Assembly (NCBI GenBank): GCA_036276735.1
Contig: DASUOH010000031.1
Location: forward strand, 2,694 to 66,693
Reading direction: 5' to 3'
DNA: 64,000 bases
Source: Solirubrobacterales bacterium
GTDB taxonomy: Bacteria; Actinomycetota; Thermoleophilia; Solirubrobacterales; 70-9
Shown here: one piece after another, positions 29,217 through 37,509 of the stretch
How positions within the stretch are numbered: the stretch's first letter is position 1
Layout: each line of letters begins with the position of its first letter
The notes under the pieces: generated by a model
Database searches by the model: none
Seen by the model: the letters and a program-made list of their open reading frames with translations, nothing else
Told to the model about the DNA's origin: nothing
Made by a program: the position numbers and the translations under genes

Positions 29217-30208
29217 GCGCGCTGCCGCTTGCGGTCACCTTCGAGGCCTTCACCGACACCGGCTTCTGGAGCGGCGTGCTGGTCATCGCCGGCATCTACG
29301 CGGTCGTCTCGCTCGGCCTCCAGCTAAACGTCGGCTACACCGGCATCGTCAACTTTGGCCAGGCCGGCTTCATGGCGGTCGGCGGCTACTCGATGGCGAT
29401 CCTCGTGCTCGAGGCCGGCCTCTCCTTCTGGCTGGCGCTGCCGCTCGCGGTGGCGATCACGATGGCCTTCGGCGTCCTGATCGGACTGCCGTCGCTGCGG
29501 CTGCGGGCCGACTACCTGGCGATCGTCACCCTCGCGACCGCCGAGGTGGTGCGGCTCGTCGCCCAGAACGCGCGCGGGCTGACCGGCGGCAACAAAGGCC
29601 TCTACTGCGAGTTCGAGGGCGTGGAGCAGAGGTGTTTCGACGACGCCTGGCGCTCGGTCTCGGACGGGGTCCTCGGCTTCGTCGAGAGCTTCTGGGCAGA
29701 CCCCGAGCCGCTGCTGCCGCTGCTGCTGGTCGTCTGGCTGACGGTGGCGGTGGCGATCGTCGGGCTCAACTACGTGCAGCGGACGCCGTGGGGACGGGTG
29801 CTGCGCGCGGTCCGCGAGGACGAGGAGGCGGCGCGGGCGCTCGGCAAGAACACCCTCCTCCACAAGCTTCAGTCGCTGGCGATCTCCGCCCTGCTCGGCG
29901 CCGTCGCCGGTTTCTACCTCGCCCTCTTCCTGACCACGATCCACCCCGACGACTACGAGCCGATCGTCACCTTCTTCGCCTTCGGCGTGCTGATCCTCGG
30001 CGGCCTCGCCAGCTACACCGGGGTCGCGATCGGCGCGGTGCTGCTCTGGACGCTGCTTGAAGGGACCCGCTTCGTCGAGCTGCCGATCAGCGAGGAGAAG
30101 GCGGCCGCCCTGCGCTTTGCGATCGTCGGCGTGGTCCTGATCGGGCTGATGGCCTTCCGGCCGCAGGGCATCTTCGGCAAACGAGAGGAGATGGTCCTTG
30201 GCGATTGA
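29213..30208 (+). CDS. livM: branched-chain amino acid ABC transporter permease
   Basis: ATG 29213 overlaps livH stop (ATGA); LivM-like (NVGYTGIVNFGQAGFMAVGGY). Confidence 0.85.
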   Translation: MSALPLAVTFEAFTDTGFWSGVLVIAGIYAVVSLGLQLNVGYTGIVNFGQAGFMAVGGYSMAILVLEAGLSFWLALPLAVAITMAFGVLIGLPSLRLRADYLAIVTLATAEVVRLVAQNARGLTGGNKGLYCEFEGVEQRCFDDAWRSVSDGVLGFVESFWADPEPLLPLLLVVWLTVAVAIVGLNYVQRTPWGRVLRAVREDEEAARALGKNTLLHKLQSLAISALLGAVAGFYLALFLTTIHPDDYEPIVTFFAFGVLILGGLASYTGVAIGAVLLWTLLEGTRFVELPISEEKAAALRFAIVGVVLIGLMAFRPQGIFGKREEMVLGD

Positions 30209-31007
30209 GACGGCAAGCGCGCCGGCGCTGCCGGAAAGCGGCACGGCGCTGCTGGAGGTCGACGGGGTCGTCAAGCGCTTCGGCGGCGTCGCCGCGGTCG
30301 ACGGCGCCGCGTTCGCGGTCGAGGCCGGCTCGATCACGGCGCTGATCGGCCCCAACGGCGCCGGCAAGACGACGCTCTTCGACGTCGTCACCGGCTTCCA
30401 GCGGGCCGACGGCGGCTCGGTCCGGCTCGGCGGGGACGAGGTGCTGGGGCTGCCCGCCTACGCCGTGGCGCGGCGCGGCATGGTGCGGACGTTCCAGATC
30501 ACCAGGGCCCTGGCGGCGATGCCGGTGCTCGACAACATGATGCTCGCCGCTCCCGCCCAGCCCGGCGAGCGCCTGCGCAACCTGCTGCTGCGGCCGGGGC
30601 CTGTCCGACAGCGGGAGCGCGAGGTGCGCGAGCGGGCACTCGAGCTGCTCGACCTCTTCGGCCTCGAGCCGGTCGCCACTGACTACGCGGGCACGCTCTC
30701 CGGCGGCCAGCGCAAGCTCCTGGAGCTGGCCCGCGCCCTGATGGCGGAGCCGCGCCTGCTGCTTCTCGACGAGCCGATGGCCGGGATCAACCCGACGCTC
30801 GGGCAGCGCCTGCTCGAGCACATCCAGGAGCTGCGGCGGGAGAGCGGCATGACCTTCCTCTTCGTCGAGCACGACATGGACGTGGTGATGACCCACTCCG
30901 ACCGGGTCGTGGTGATGGCCGAGGGTCGCGTGATCGCCAGCGGCGCGCCGGGCGAGGTGCGCCAGAACCGCGCCGTGGTCGACGCCTATCTCGGGGGGCC
31001 GGCGTGA
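30198..31007 (+). CDS. livG: ABC transporter ATP-binding protein
   Basis: GPNGAGKTT Walker A, LSGGQRKLLELARAL signature, LLLDEP Walker B. Confidence 0.9.
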   Translation: MAIETASAPALPESGTALLEVDGVVKRFGGVAAVDGAAFAVEAGSITALIGPNGAGKTTLFDVVTGFQRADGGSVRLGGDEVLGLPAYAVARRGMVRTFQITRALAAMPVLDNMMLAAPAQPGERLRNLLLRPGPVRQREREVRERALELLDLFGLEPVATDYAGTLSGGQRKLLELARALMAEPRLLLLDEPMAGINPTLGQRLLEHIQELRRESGMTFLFVEHDMDVVMTHSDRVVVMAEGRVIASGAPGEVRQNRAVVDAYLGGPA

Positions 31008-31756
31008 GCCCCGCGGGCCCAAACGGAAGCGCGAACGGCGCCCTGCTCACCGCCGAGGGCTTGGTCGCCGGTTACGTGCCCGAGGTCGACATCCTCAACG
31101 GCGTCTCCTTCGAGGTGCGCGAGGGAGAGATCGCGACCCTGGTCGGCCCCAACGGCGCCGGCAAGTCGACCCTGATCAAAGCGATCTTCGGCCTGTTGCG
31201 CCCGCGCCAGGGCCGGGTCGTCCTGCGCGGCGAGGACCTCACCGGTCAGCAACCGCACGCGATCGCGCGGCGCGGCATGAGCTACGTGCCGCAGCTCGAC
31301 AACGTCTTCCCCAGCCTGACGGTCGAGGAGAACCTCGAGATCGGCTCGCTCGACCGGGCGCGAACGCGGGAGCGGATCGAGGCGATGTACGAGCTGTTCC
31401 CCCGGCTCGGCGAGCGACGGCGGCAGGCGGCCGGGACGATGAGCGGCGGCGAGCGACAGATGCTGGCGATGGCGCGGGCGTTGATGCCCGAGCCGCAGGT
31501 GCTGCTGCTCGACGAGCCCTCCGCCGGGCTGGCTCCGGCTTTCGTCGAGGCGATCTTCGCGCAGGTGCGCGAGATCAACGAGTCGGGCGTGACTGTCGTG
31601 ATGGTCGAGCAGAACGCGCGACGGGCGCTGGCGATGTCGGACCGCGGCTACGTCCTGGAGCTTGGCCGCAACCGCTTCGAGGGAAGCGGCCGCGACCTGC
31701 TCGAGGATCCGAAGGTCGCCGAGCTCTACCTGGGCGGCTCGGCGACCTCCGCCTGA
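31004..31756 (+). CDS. livF: ABC transporter ATP-binding protein
   Basis: GPNGAGKST, MSGGERQMLAMARAL, LLLDEPS. Confidence 0.9.
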   Translation: MSPAGPNGSANGALLTAEGLVAGYVPEVDILNGVSFEVREGEIATLVGPNGAGKSTLIKAIFGLLRPRQGRVVLRGEDLTGQQPHAIARRGMSYVPQLDNVFPSLTVEENLEIGSLDRARTRERIEAMYELFPRLGERRRQAAGTMSGGERQMLAMARALMPEPQVLLLDEPSAGLAPAFVEAIFAQVREINESGVTVVMVEQNARRALAMSDRGYVLELGRNRFEGSGRDLLEDPKVAELYLGGSATSA

Positions 31757-31759
31757 CGC

Positions 31760-33046
31760 TTATTCGTCGGCGCTCACCTCGACGGTGTCGACTTTCGTCA
31801 GTTTGCCGCCTTTGAATTCGGAGACGTCGTAGATGTAGCGGCTGAGGTCGCCGTTTTCATCCCAGTCGATCGGGCCCGAAGCGCCTTCGTAGTCGATGTC
31901 CTCGCCGTTATCGAGCGCTTCGATCGCTTTCGGCAGCTCCTCGAAGGTGTACTTCGTGCCGCCCGGTCCGGTGACGTCGACGATCGCGTCCGCCATCTCG
32001 GCGCCGTCGGTCGAACCGGCCGCGACCGCTGCCAGGTAGCAGAGGATCACATCGTCGAAGGTGGTCGCGTCGAACAGGTTGCGGGGCGGTCCCGGGGCGC
32101 CTTCATACCGTTTGTCGAAGGCTTTCGGGGCTTCGCCCGCGAAGGTGCCGGGGGCGGTGCCGAGCATCCCTTCGCTCACCTCCGGCCCGACCAGTTCGGT
32201 CAGGTCGGTCGAGCTGAGGCCGTCCGTGATGAAGGTCTGCTCCGGCGACCATTTGCCGGTGCGGACCAGCGCCGGCCCGAGTTTGGCGAACGTTTCCGGG
32301 AAGTCGATGATCACGAAGTTGTCCGGGCTGCCGGAGACGAGCTGGTCGGCCTCGGAGTTGTAGCTCGGCTGTTCGGGGTCGTAGATGACTTTCTCGGCGA
32401 CTTTGGCGCCCCGTTCTTCAAGCTCGGCCTCGAGCGAGTCGGCGAAGCCGGTGCCGTAGAGGTCGTTGCGGGCACCGATGTTGATCGTCTTGCCTTTGAG
32501 CCCGCCCAGCTCTTTCTCCATCCGGTCGGCGAGCGCTTTGCCCTGCAGGCCGTCGGGCGGGGCGGTGCGGGCGAAGAGCCCTTCGTCGTCGAGGTCGGAG
32601 AGCGCGTCGGCGGTCGATGCGGGCGAGATCAGCAGCACGCCCTCGGGGACGGTGACCGAGCGTGCCACCGCGACCGTCGCGGTCGAGGCGTAGTCGCCCG
32701 AGATGCAGCTGGCTCCGTCGGCGATCAGTTTGCGCGCCGCCTGAACGCCGCCCTGGTCGTCGGAGGCGCCATCCTCGGTGACCAGCTCGACGGTGTGCTC
32801 GACGCCGGCTCCTTTGATCGCCGCCTGGATCTCGTTGGCGGCCAGCTCGCCGGCCTTCTCCCCGGCGGCGCCGTACGGAGCGAGGTCGCCGGTCAGGGGA
32901 ACCAGGTTGCCGACGGTCAGGTCGATCTGGGCAGCGCCGCCACCACCCCCGCCCCCTTCGTCGTCGTCATCGCCGCAGGCGGCGACGCCGAGCGAAAGTG
33001 CGAGCACAGCTACGGCAGTGGCCAAGACGAGGCTTGATCGCTTCAC
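31760..33046 (-). CDS. ABC transporter substrate-binding lipoprotein (Leu/Ile/Val-binding family)
   Basis: GTG 33046 preceded by AAGGAGGA; lipobox LGVAAC followed by D/G-rich linker; periplasmic-binding fold by eye. Confidence 0.85.
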   Translation of the reverse strand: MKRSSLVLATAVAVLALSLGVAACGDDDDEGGGGGGGAAQIDLTVGNLVPLTGDLAPYGAAGEKAGELAANEIQAAIKGAGVEHTVELVTEDGASDDQGGVQAARKLIADGASCISGDYASTATVAVARSVTVPEGVLLISPASTADALSDLDDEGLFARTAPPDGLQGKALADRMEKELGGLKGKTINIGARNDLYGTGFADSLEAELEERGAKVAEKVIYDPEQPSYNSEADQLVSGSPDNFVIIDFPETFAKLGPALVRTGKWSPEQTFITDGLSSTDLTELVGPEVSEGMLGTAPGTFAGEAPKAFDKRYEGAPGPPRNLFDATTFDDVILCYLAAVAAGSTDGAEMADAIVDVTGPGGTKYTFEELPKAIEALDNGEDIDYEGASGPIDWDENGDLSRYIYDVSEFKGGKLTKVDTVEVSADE

Positions 33047-33145
33047 CGGGATTCCTCCTTTGACGCCAGGCGCTCCTCGCGCGGGATGCGATTCCCCTTC
33101 CCGGAACCGGTGCTCCAAAAACCAACACGCCGGTACCGGCGTCGC

Positions 33146-33647
33146 ATGCCAGTCGACCGCAACGGCGCCGCAGCCTTCGAGAAGCTGGTCGGAGAGCTCG
33201 ACTACCCGATGTTCATCGCGACGACCAGCGCCAACGGCGAGCGAGCCGGCTGCCTCGTCGGAGTTCGCCACCCAGTGCAGCGTCGACCCGCCCCGCTTCC
33301 TCGTCTGCCTATCGGAGAAGAACCGCACCTACCGCGTGGCGTGTCAGGCCGAGGCGCTCGCCGTCCACTTCGTCCCATCGTCGGCCGACCACCTGGCGCA
33401 GCTCTTCGGCAGCGAGACGGGTGACGAGGTCGACAAGTTCGCCCAGTGCGAGTGGCACGAGGGACCCAGCGGCCTCCCGATCCTCGATGAGTGCGACAAC
33501 TGGTTCGCCGGTGCCATCCTCACCCGCCACGACCTCGGCGACCACGTCGGCTTCCCGCTCGACCCCATCACCGCCCACAGCGGCACCCCGCTCGACGAAT
33601 TCACCCTCCATCGGGCGCGGCGGATGGAGCCGGGGCACGAGGCGTAG
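33146..33647 (+). pseudogene. flavin reductase-like protein interrupted by a 1-nt frameshift near 33263
   Basis: Frame 1 reads ...ERAGCLVG then junk; frame 2 resumes FATQCSVDPPRFLVCLSEKNRTY...; removing G 33263 gives a continuous GCLVGFATQCSVDPP. Confidence 0.7.
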
Positions 33648-33729
33648 CCTGACGCCGTCTCCGCCCGTTAGGTCGCTCCTCACACGACCGGTCGGCAACC
33701 AATCAGGCCCCTCGGGGGTACTCCTTCCG

Positions 33730-34065
33730 ATGGGCAACGTCGGTCGAGCAGCCATCGTCTTTGTCGCGGCACTCGTGGTCGGCGCCTGCACCTACGCGAG
33801 CGCATCCGATCTCGACCGAAACGGGGCGCTCGGCACGATCGTGTTCAGCACTGCTGCAGAGTTGGGATGTCTTGTCATCCCCGTCCTCGCGGCCGCATGC
33901 GACCGACTACACCTATCCCTTCCAGAGGATCCCTATCCAACCCTCGTCATCATGGGAACCGGATTCCTTCTCGCCATCTACTCGCTCGGCTTCCTGCTGC
34001 GCGCCGCGTTTGACCAAGTGGTTTCGAAGAGATCTGTCCGAAGGTTCCGGGACAAGGTCAGCTGA
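33730..34065 (+). CDS. hypothetical small membrane protein (lower GC)
   Basis: 111-aa ORF from ATG 33730 with 3 hydrophobic segments; one 60-nt line counted at 55% G+C. Confidence 0.4.
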   Translation: MGNVGRAAIVFVAALVVGACTYASASDLDRNGALGTIVFSTAAELGCLVIPVLAAACDRLHLSLPEDPYPTLVIMGTGFLLAIYSLGFLLRAAFDQVVSKRSVRRFRDKVS

Positions 34066-34091
34066 AAGCAGAGGGCGAGCCCCCGGACCCC

Positions 34092-34116
34092 GTGACCTTC
34101 GGTTTCGTAGCCCGAG
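34092..34116. repeat. att-like partial copy of tRNA-Arg 3' region (outermost island boundary candidate)
   Basis: GTGACCTTCGGTTTCGTAG identical to 43283-43301 of the tRNA gene; the next 6 nt CCCGAG are identical to the flank of the 36146 copy. Confidence 0.6.
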
Positions 34117-34234
34117 CCGCTGGGTCGGCTGGGTTACGTGGAGCTGGGTTTTAAGCGGCCTCAGGCGAATAGAGTCCCGCTGGGATCGGCTGGAATCTGT
34201 GGGGCATGTTGCCCCATTTGTTGCCCCAGCAAGG

Positions 34235-34921
34235 TTAGGTGAGGAGATTGTCGATGCGAGCTCGGACTAGCCGAGCGCGACCGGCTCCCGCCGGGCCGTG
34301 GGAAGCGGTCGCACTTTGGACGGCGTAGTCGAAGTAGGGCTCCCCGCGAAGCTCGGCCAGCTCGTCGCGGATGTACGTGCGTAGGTCGGGTACTGCGGAC
34401 GCAACTTCTTCGATCAACTCAGGTCGGCCGTCGATCAGCGTGAGCACGTCGTGGATGTCGAGGCTGGGCAACAGGTCGCCCCCGCCCCGACCCTTCCAGG
34501 CACAGAGCTTCGTCGCAACGAGCGCCAGCGGCGCTGCGGCACGTATCTCCGCACCGGATTCGAGAGTGACCGTCACAGCGCTGGAGATCGCCTCGTCGTA
34601 CCAGGGATTGGAGAATCCGAGGATGTCGAGATCGGTCGGCATGACATCCAGAACGAGTTGCGGATCGGCGCTTCTCCACCGACAGATGACGGGCGCGCCC
34701 ATCGCCTCCTGAAGTCCCCGCTCGCGCAGTCGATCGCCAAGCTGGTGGTACTTCACACGGCTTGCCACCTCGCAGACCACATCGACATCTTCCGTCGCCC
34801 GCGTTGGAGGAGCGCCGGGCTCGGTAATCCAGAGGTGAACCGTGGCACCACCGACGAAAACGACCTCATCGAGCAGAGGCCCGAGAAGCGCCGCCGCAGT
34901 CTCCAACTGAAGTGCGCTCAC
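34235..34921 (-). CDS. nucleotidyltransferase-fold protein (AbiEii-like candidate toxin)
   Basis: 228 aa; VFVGGATVHLW...TRATEDVDVV (GG ... DxD) NTase signature; 4-nt overlap with upstream HTH gene. Confidence 0.6.
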   Translation of the reverse strand: MSALQLETAAALLGPLLDEVVFVGGATVHLWITEPGAPPTRATEDVDVVCEVASRVKYHQLGDRLRERGLQEAMGAPVICRWRSADPQLVLDVMPTDLDILGFSNPWYDEAISSAVTVTLESGAEIRAAAPLALVATKLCAWKGRGGGDLLPSLDIHDVLTLIDGRPELIEEVASAVPDLRTYIRDELAELRGEPYFDYAVQSATASHGPAGAGRARLVRARIDNLLT

Positions 34922-35445
34922 CGGCCTGCGACCACGGATCGCTCCCGCAACATCTTCGAAAAAAGATCTCCCGCTACCTTCCGGACCCGAACATCTCCGG
35001 CCCTGAGGCTGTCAAGCAAAGCGAGGACTTCACCGAGCTCCGGCCAATTCTCCACCGCCTCAGGTGCAGCAGAGTGCAGCGGCTCGATGGCCTGCCCCCG
35101 AACTCGCCCGTGGGCGTAGGGCCAGACCGGGGGCGGCTCGTCACCTGAGGAGCGGATCGCGGCCACCATCGGCTCCGCTGCCCAAGCCGCAGGCACGCCC
35201 GGCGTCAGCGCACCGAGCCGAGCGGGAGCAACAAAGCGCAATGCGTGAAGCGCGAACTCCTCGAAGTGCGGGAAATGAACTTCGCGACGGTCCACCGAGT
35301 ACAGATCCGCACCCTTCGCCCGCTCCAGCGCTCGCTGTACGACTGGGTGCGGAACATGGAGCCGCTCCGCAAGCGATCGGTAGCTCCAAGCCCCATCGTG
35401 GGCGAGCAGTCCGCTGAGGACATAGACATCGGAATCCTTGACCAT
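34918..35445 (-). CDS. winged-HTH protein (AbiEi-like candidate antitoxin/regulator)
   Basis: ATG 35445 (MVKDSDVYVLSG...); WSYRSLAERLHVPHPVVQRALERA HTH; A/T-rich operator-like region immediately upstream. Confidence 0.55.
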   Translation of the reverse strand: MVKDSDVYVLSGLLAHDGAWSYRSLAERLHVPHPVVQRALERAKGADLYSVDRREVHFPHFEEFALHALRFVAPARLGALTPGVPAAWAAEPMVAAIRSSGDEPPPVWPYAHGRVRGQAIEPLHSAAPEAVENWPELGEVLALLDSLRAGDVRVRKVAGDLFSKMLRERSVVAGR

Positions 35446-35456
35446 GACGAGAATTA

Positions 35457-35477
35457 GTGTATCAAGTATCAATACAC
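35457..35477 (-). promoter_or_regulatory. operator-like repeat upstream of the HTH/NTase pair
   Basis: GTGTAT-CAAGTATCA-ATACAC: 6-bp inverted arms enclosing a tandem 7-mer GTATCAA GTATCAA, in an A/T-rich stretch 12 nt upstream of the ATG. Confidence 0.4.
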
Positions 35478-35503
35478 AATACAGCGAAGCCTCGCTGAGT
35501 CGC

Positions 35504-36060
35504 TTACCTGGACCGCGGATCATCCGCCGCGTAGCGAGGCGCACACTCGGCATCTGGCCCGTTGAGCTGCCCGATCTGGATCGACCCGTCGTCCCAACCC
35601 CAGACCGAGAAACCGGCCGCCGCGAGTTCGTCAAGGACCGCGTCAAGCCTTGCTTTCGCCTCTGCGATGTCCATAGGTTCAACCAGCTCCTCAATCTCGT
35701 ATCCCGCCTCCGCCCTCCTCGCAAGGACATCAATCAACCCATCAGTGATTTGCTTACCGCTAGCCGTCTTGCCATAGGTCTTCCTCGCCGTCGATCTCAC
35801 AGACATCGCCAAGACGGCGGCGAGCTGGTCGCGTCTGAAGACCTTGACCTCGTCCTCGGGGAGCTGCTCGCGATGGGGAATCGCCAGCCCCTGGGCAGGG
35901 TTGTGGTGGATCAAACCCTCACGCTTCGCCGTCGCCAAGGCAACGCGCAGCGGGAATCACGGCATTGGCAATGGTGCGATCGCTGAGGCGTTTGCCCTGC
36001 TCTGCCTCCTCGGGAAGTGGTGGTGCGCGTACGCGCGGATCAGGAATACGAACTTGCCCC
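35504..36060 (-). pseudogene. tyrosine-integrase remnant fused to a fragment of an RHH antitoxin gene
   Basis: Reads ...LSDRTIANAV (frameshift) RVALATAKREGLIHHNPAQGLAIP (integrase N-domain / core junction), then GKTASGKQITDGLIDVLARRAEAGYEIEE resembling 36281..36565; no catalytic R-H-R-Y region. Confidence 0.45.
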
Positions 36061-36113
36061 AGGCGTTGCCCCATGGGCAATTTTCGCACTGTTCGAGTGA
36101 CCCGCCGAAACGC

Positions 36114-36140
36114 GCAAACCCGCTTGGAAAGCGGGTTTGC
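36114..36140 (-). terminator. perfect 12-bp hairpin next to the tRNA 3'-end copy
   Basis: GCAAACCCGCTT-GGA-AAGCGGGTTTGC; on the minus strand it lies just downstream of the tRNA-end copy and is followed by GCGTTTCGG. Confidence 0.5.
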
Positions 36141-36145
36141 AAGGA

Positions 36146-36187
36146 CGCGCCTGACAGGATTCGAACCTGTGACCTTCGGTTTCGTAG
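36146..36187. repeat. att site: 42-nt perfect copy of the tRNA-Arg(ACG) 3' end
   Basis: CGCGCCTGACAGGATTCGAACCTGTGACCTTCGGTTTCGTAG identical to 43260-43301; the sequence beyond it cannot form an acceptor stem, so it is not a second tRNA. Confidence 0.85.
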
Positions 36188-36280
36188 CCCGAGAGGCTGC
36201 CGCGCTACCAAGCCGTTAGCGGGGGCGATGCGACCGAGATGAGACCTTCGCGGCGCCGTCGATCCCCGAGTCGGGCTAGC

Positions 36281-36565
36281 TCATCCTGCTTGCAGGTACT
36301 CGCGAAGCGCCTTACGGATGATTGACGATCTGGGTTCATGCTCGCGCTCGGCCCGCCTGTCGAGAGCCTGCCGTAGATCGGGATCGAGCCGAACCGACTC
36401 GACGCCGGCGGGAGCCGAGCCCATCGCGGGACGACCAGGGCGACGGCGCAGCGTCTGCTCGACGTCATAGCCCTGCTCTGCCTTCTCGGCAAGCTTCTCA
36501 ACCAGATCGTCGGTGATCGGCTTGCCGCTGGCCGTCTTGCCGTGAGGCTTCTTAGCCATTTTCAT
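36281..36565 (-). CDS. ribbon-helix-helix (CopG/BrnA-like) antitoxin candidate
   Basis: 94 aa; C-terminal RLDPDLRQALDRRAEREHEPRSSIIRKALREYL RHH pattern; overlaps upstream small gene by 14 nt. Confidence 0.6.
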   Translation of the reverse strand: MKMAKKPHGKTASGKPITDDLVEKLAEKAEQGYDVEQTLRRRPGRPAMGSAPAGVESVRLDPDLRQALDRRAEREHEPRSSIIRKALREYLQAG

Positions 36566-36797
36566 CTCCCGGGAGGAGTCGCCGGTACTTAGGTCTCATC
36601 CTCATTGCATGGATCGCCAGCTCCGACCCATCGTCTCGAACGATCGAGACGACCTCAAGCAGCTCCGTGTTCCGAGCTGGTCCTAGGTAGAGCCGCGTGT
36701 CGTCTTGCTGGGCATCCATGCTCATCGCGTTGTCAATTGCATGCCTAATGTCCTCGTCGGCAATACCGTGCTTCCGGGCCGACGGGTGGATCTCCAT
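36552..36797 (-). CDS. small BrnT-like toxin candidate
   Basis: 81 aa, MEIHPSARKHGIADEDIRHA...LLEVV...AIHAMRMR; recalled as a conserved actinobacterial small protein paired with RHH genes; family assignment tentative. Confidence 0.5.
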   Translation of the reverse strand: MEIHPSARKHGIADEDIRHAIDNAMSMDAQQDDTRLYLGPARNTELLEVVSIVRDDGSELAIHAMRMRPKYRRLLPGDENG

Positions 36798-36836
36798 GCG
36801 AATATCGTATTACGAATCTCAGATAGATTAGCGCGC

Positions 36837-37310
36837 ATGGCAATCCCCTTGAAGGGTTTGGTGGCGGGCATGCTGATTGGGATTGCCGGCGTGCTGCTGG
36901 TCGGCCATATCGCAGACCGCAATCAGGGCGTGCCTGAGCAGCTCGCTGAGGCGCTTGGCTGCTCGACCGGATCGAGCGGGCTACGCCCCTCCTCCGCAAG
37001 GGACGCACAGCGCTACTTCGGCCGCGATGACGGTTTCTCCAGGTTCGCTGCGACCAATGCGGAGCGAATCCTCGACATCAGCGGATGCGATCCACTCGGC
37101 CCCGCAACTACCTATCTCGAATTTGGACCTCGGACGAACATGAACCGTGTGCTCAAGACGCTCGACAACTTCGGCGCCGTCTGCGTCGTCGGCCAAGCCG
37201 TCTTCGAGGGCAAAGTGCTCGACGGGCGGGTGCACTTCGAAGAGCTATGCGACACGGTCGGAGGTGAGTTGAAGGTTCTCTCGCCGTCGAAGCCAACACG
37301 ACACGACTAG
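36837..37310 (+). CDS. membrane-anchored hypothetical protein
   Basis: ATG 36837 (MAIPLKGLVAGMLIGIAGVLLVG TM) then about 130 aa with no recognised domain; divergent from the TA pair across an A/T-rich 39-nt spacer. Confidence 0.5.
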   Translation: MAIPLKGLVAGMLIGIAGVLLVGHIADRNQGVPEQLAEALGCSTGSSGLRPSSARDAQRYFGRDDGFSRFAATNAERILDISGCDPLGPATTYLEFGPRTNMNRVLKTLDNFGAVCVVGQAVFEGKVLDGRVHFEELCDTVGGELKVLSPSKPTRHD

Positions 37311-37333
37311 GACACCGCGACTTTTCCGAAGAC

Positions 37334-37403
37334 CGGTGTCGTAGACCGAGAGGCTCGGCCTTGGCAAGCCGCTGGGCGGCGATCCTGTGACCAGGATGCG
37401 ACC
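37334..37403. repeat. degenerate att-like copy (tRNA anticodon-arm segment plus element arm)
   Basis: CGGTGTCGTAGACCGA matches tRNA 43291-43306 at 15/16; following GAGGCT...CAAGCCGCTGGGCGGCGAT...GCGACCG parallels the flank of the 36146 copy; GACCAGGATGCGACC (37389-37403) recurs 14/15 at 43138-43152. Confidence 0.45.
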
Positions 37404-37509
37404 GCCCGGTCTCAGGTCCAGCTCAAAGCGGGGGCAGGCGACGACGAAGGTCGTCGTAGGTGGAAGGTGGAATTAACGCTGATCAATTGAGTCTTCCTCT
37501 AGCGATACG

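Noticed and set aside
36146-36225. Possible second tRNA-Arg gene
   Set aside because: Only the 3' 42 nt match the tRNA. The upstream part cannot pair with the acceptor 3' strand, and the anticodon stem would have a G-A mismatch. It is interpreted as an att copy, not a gene.
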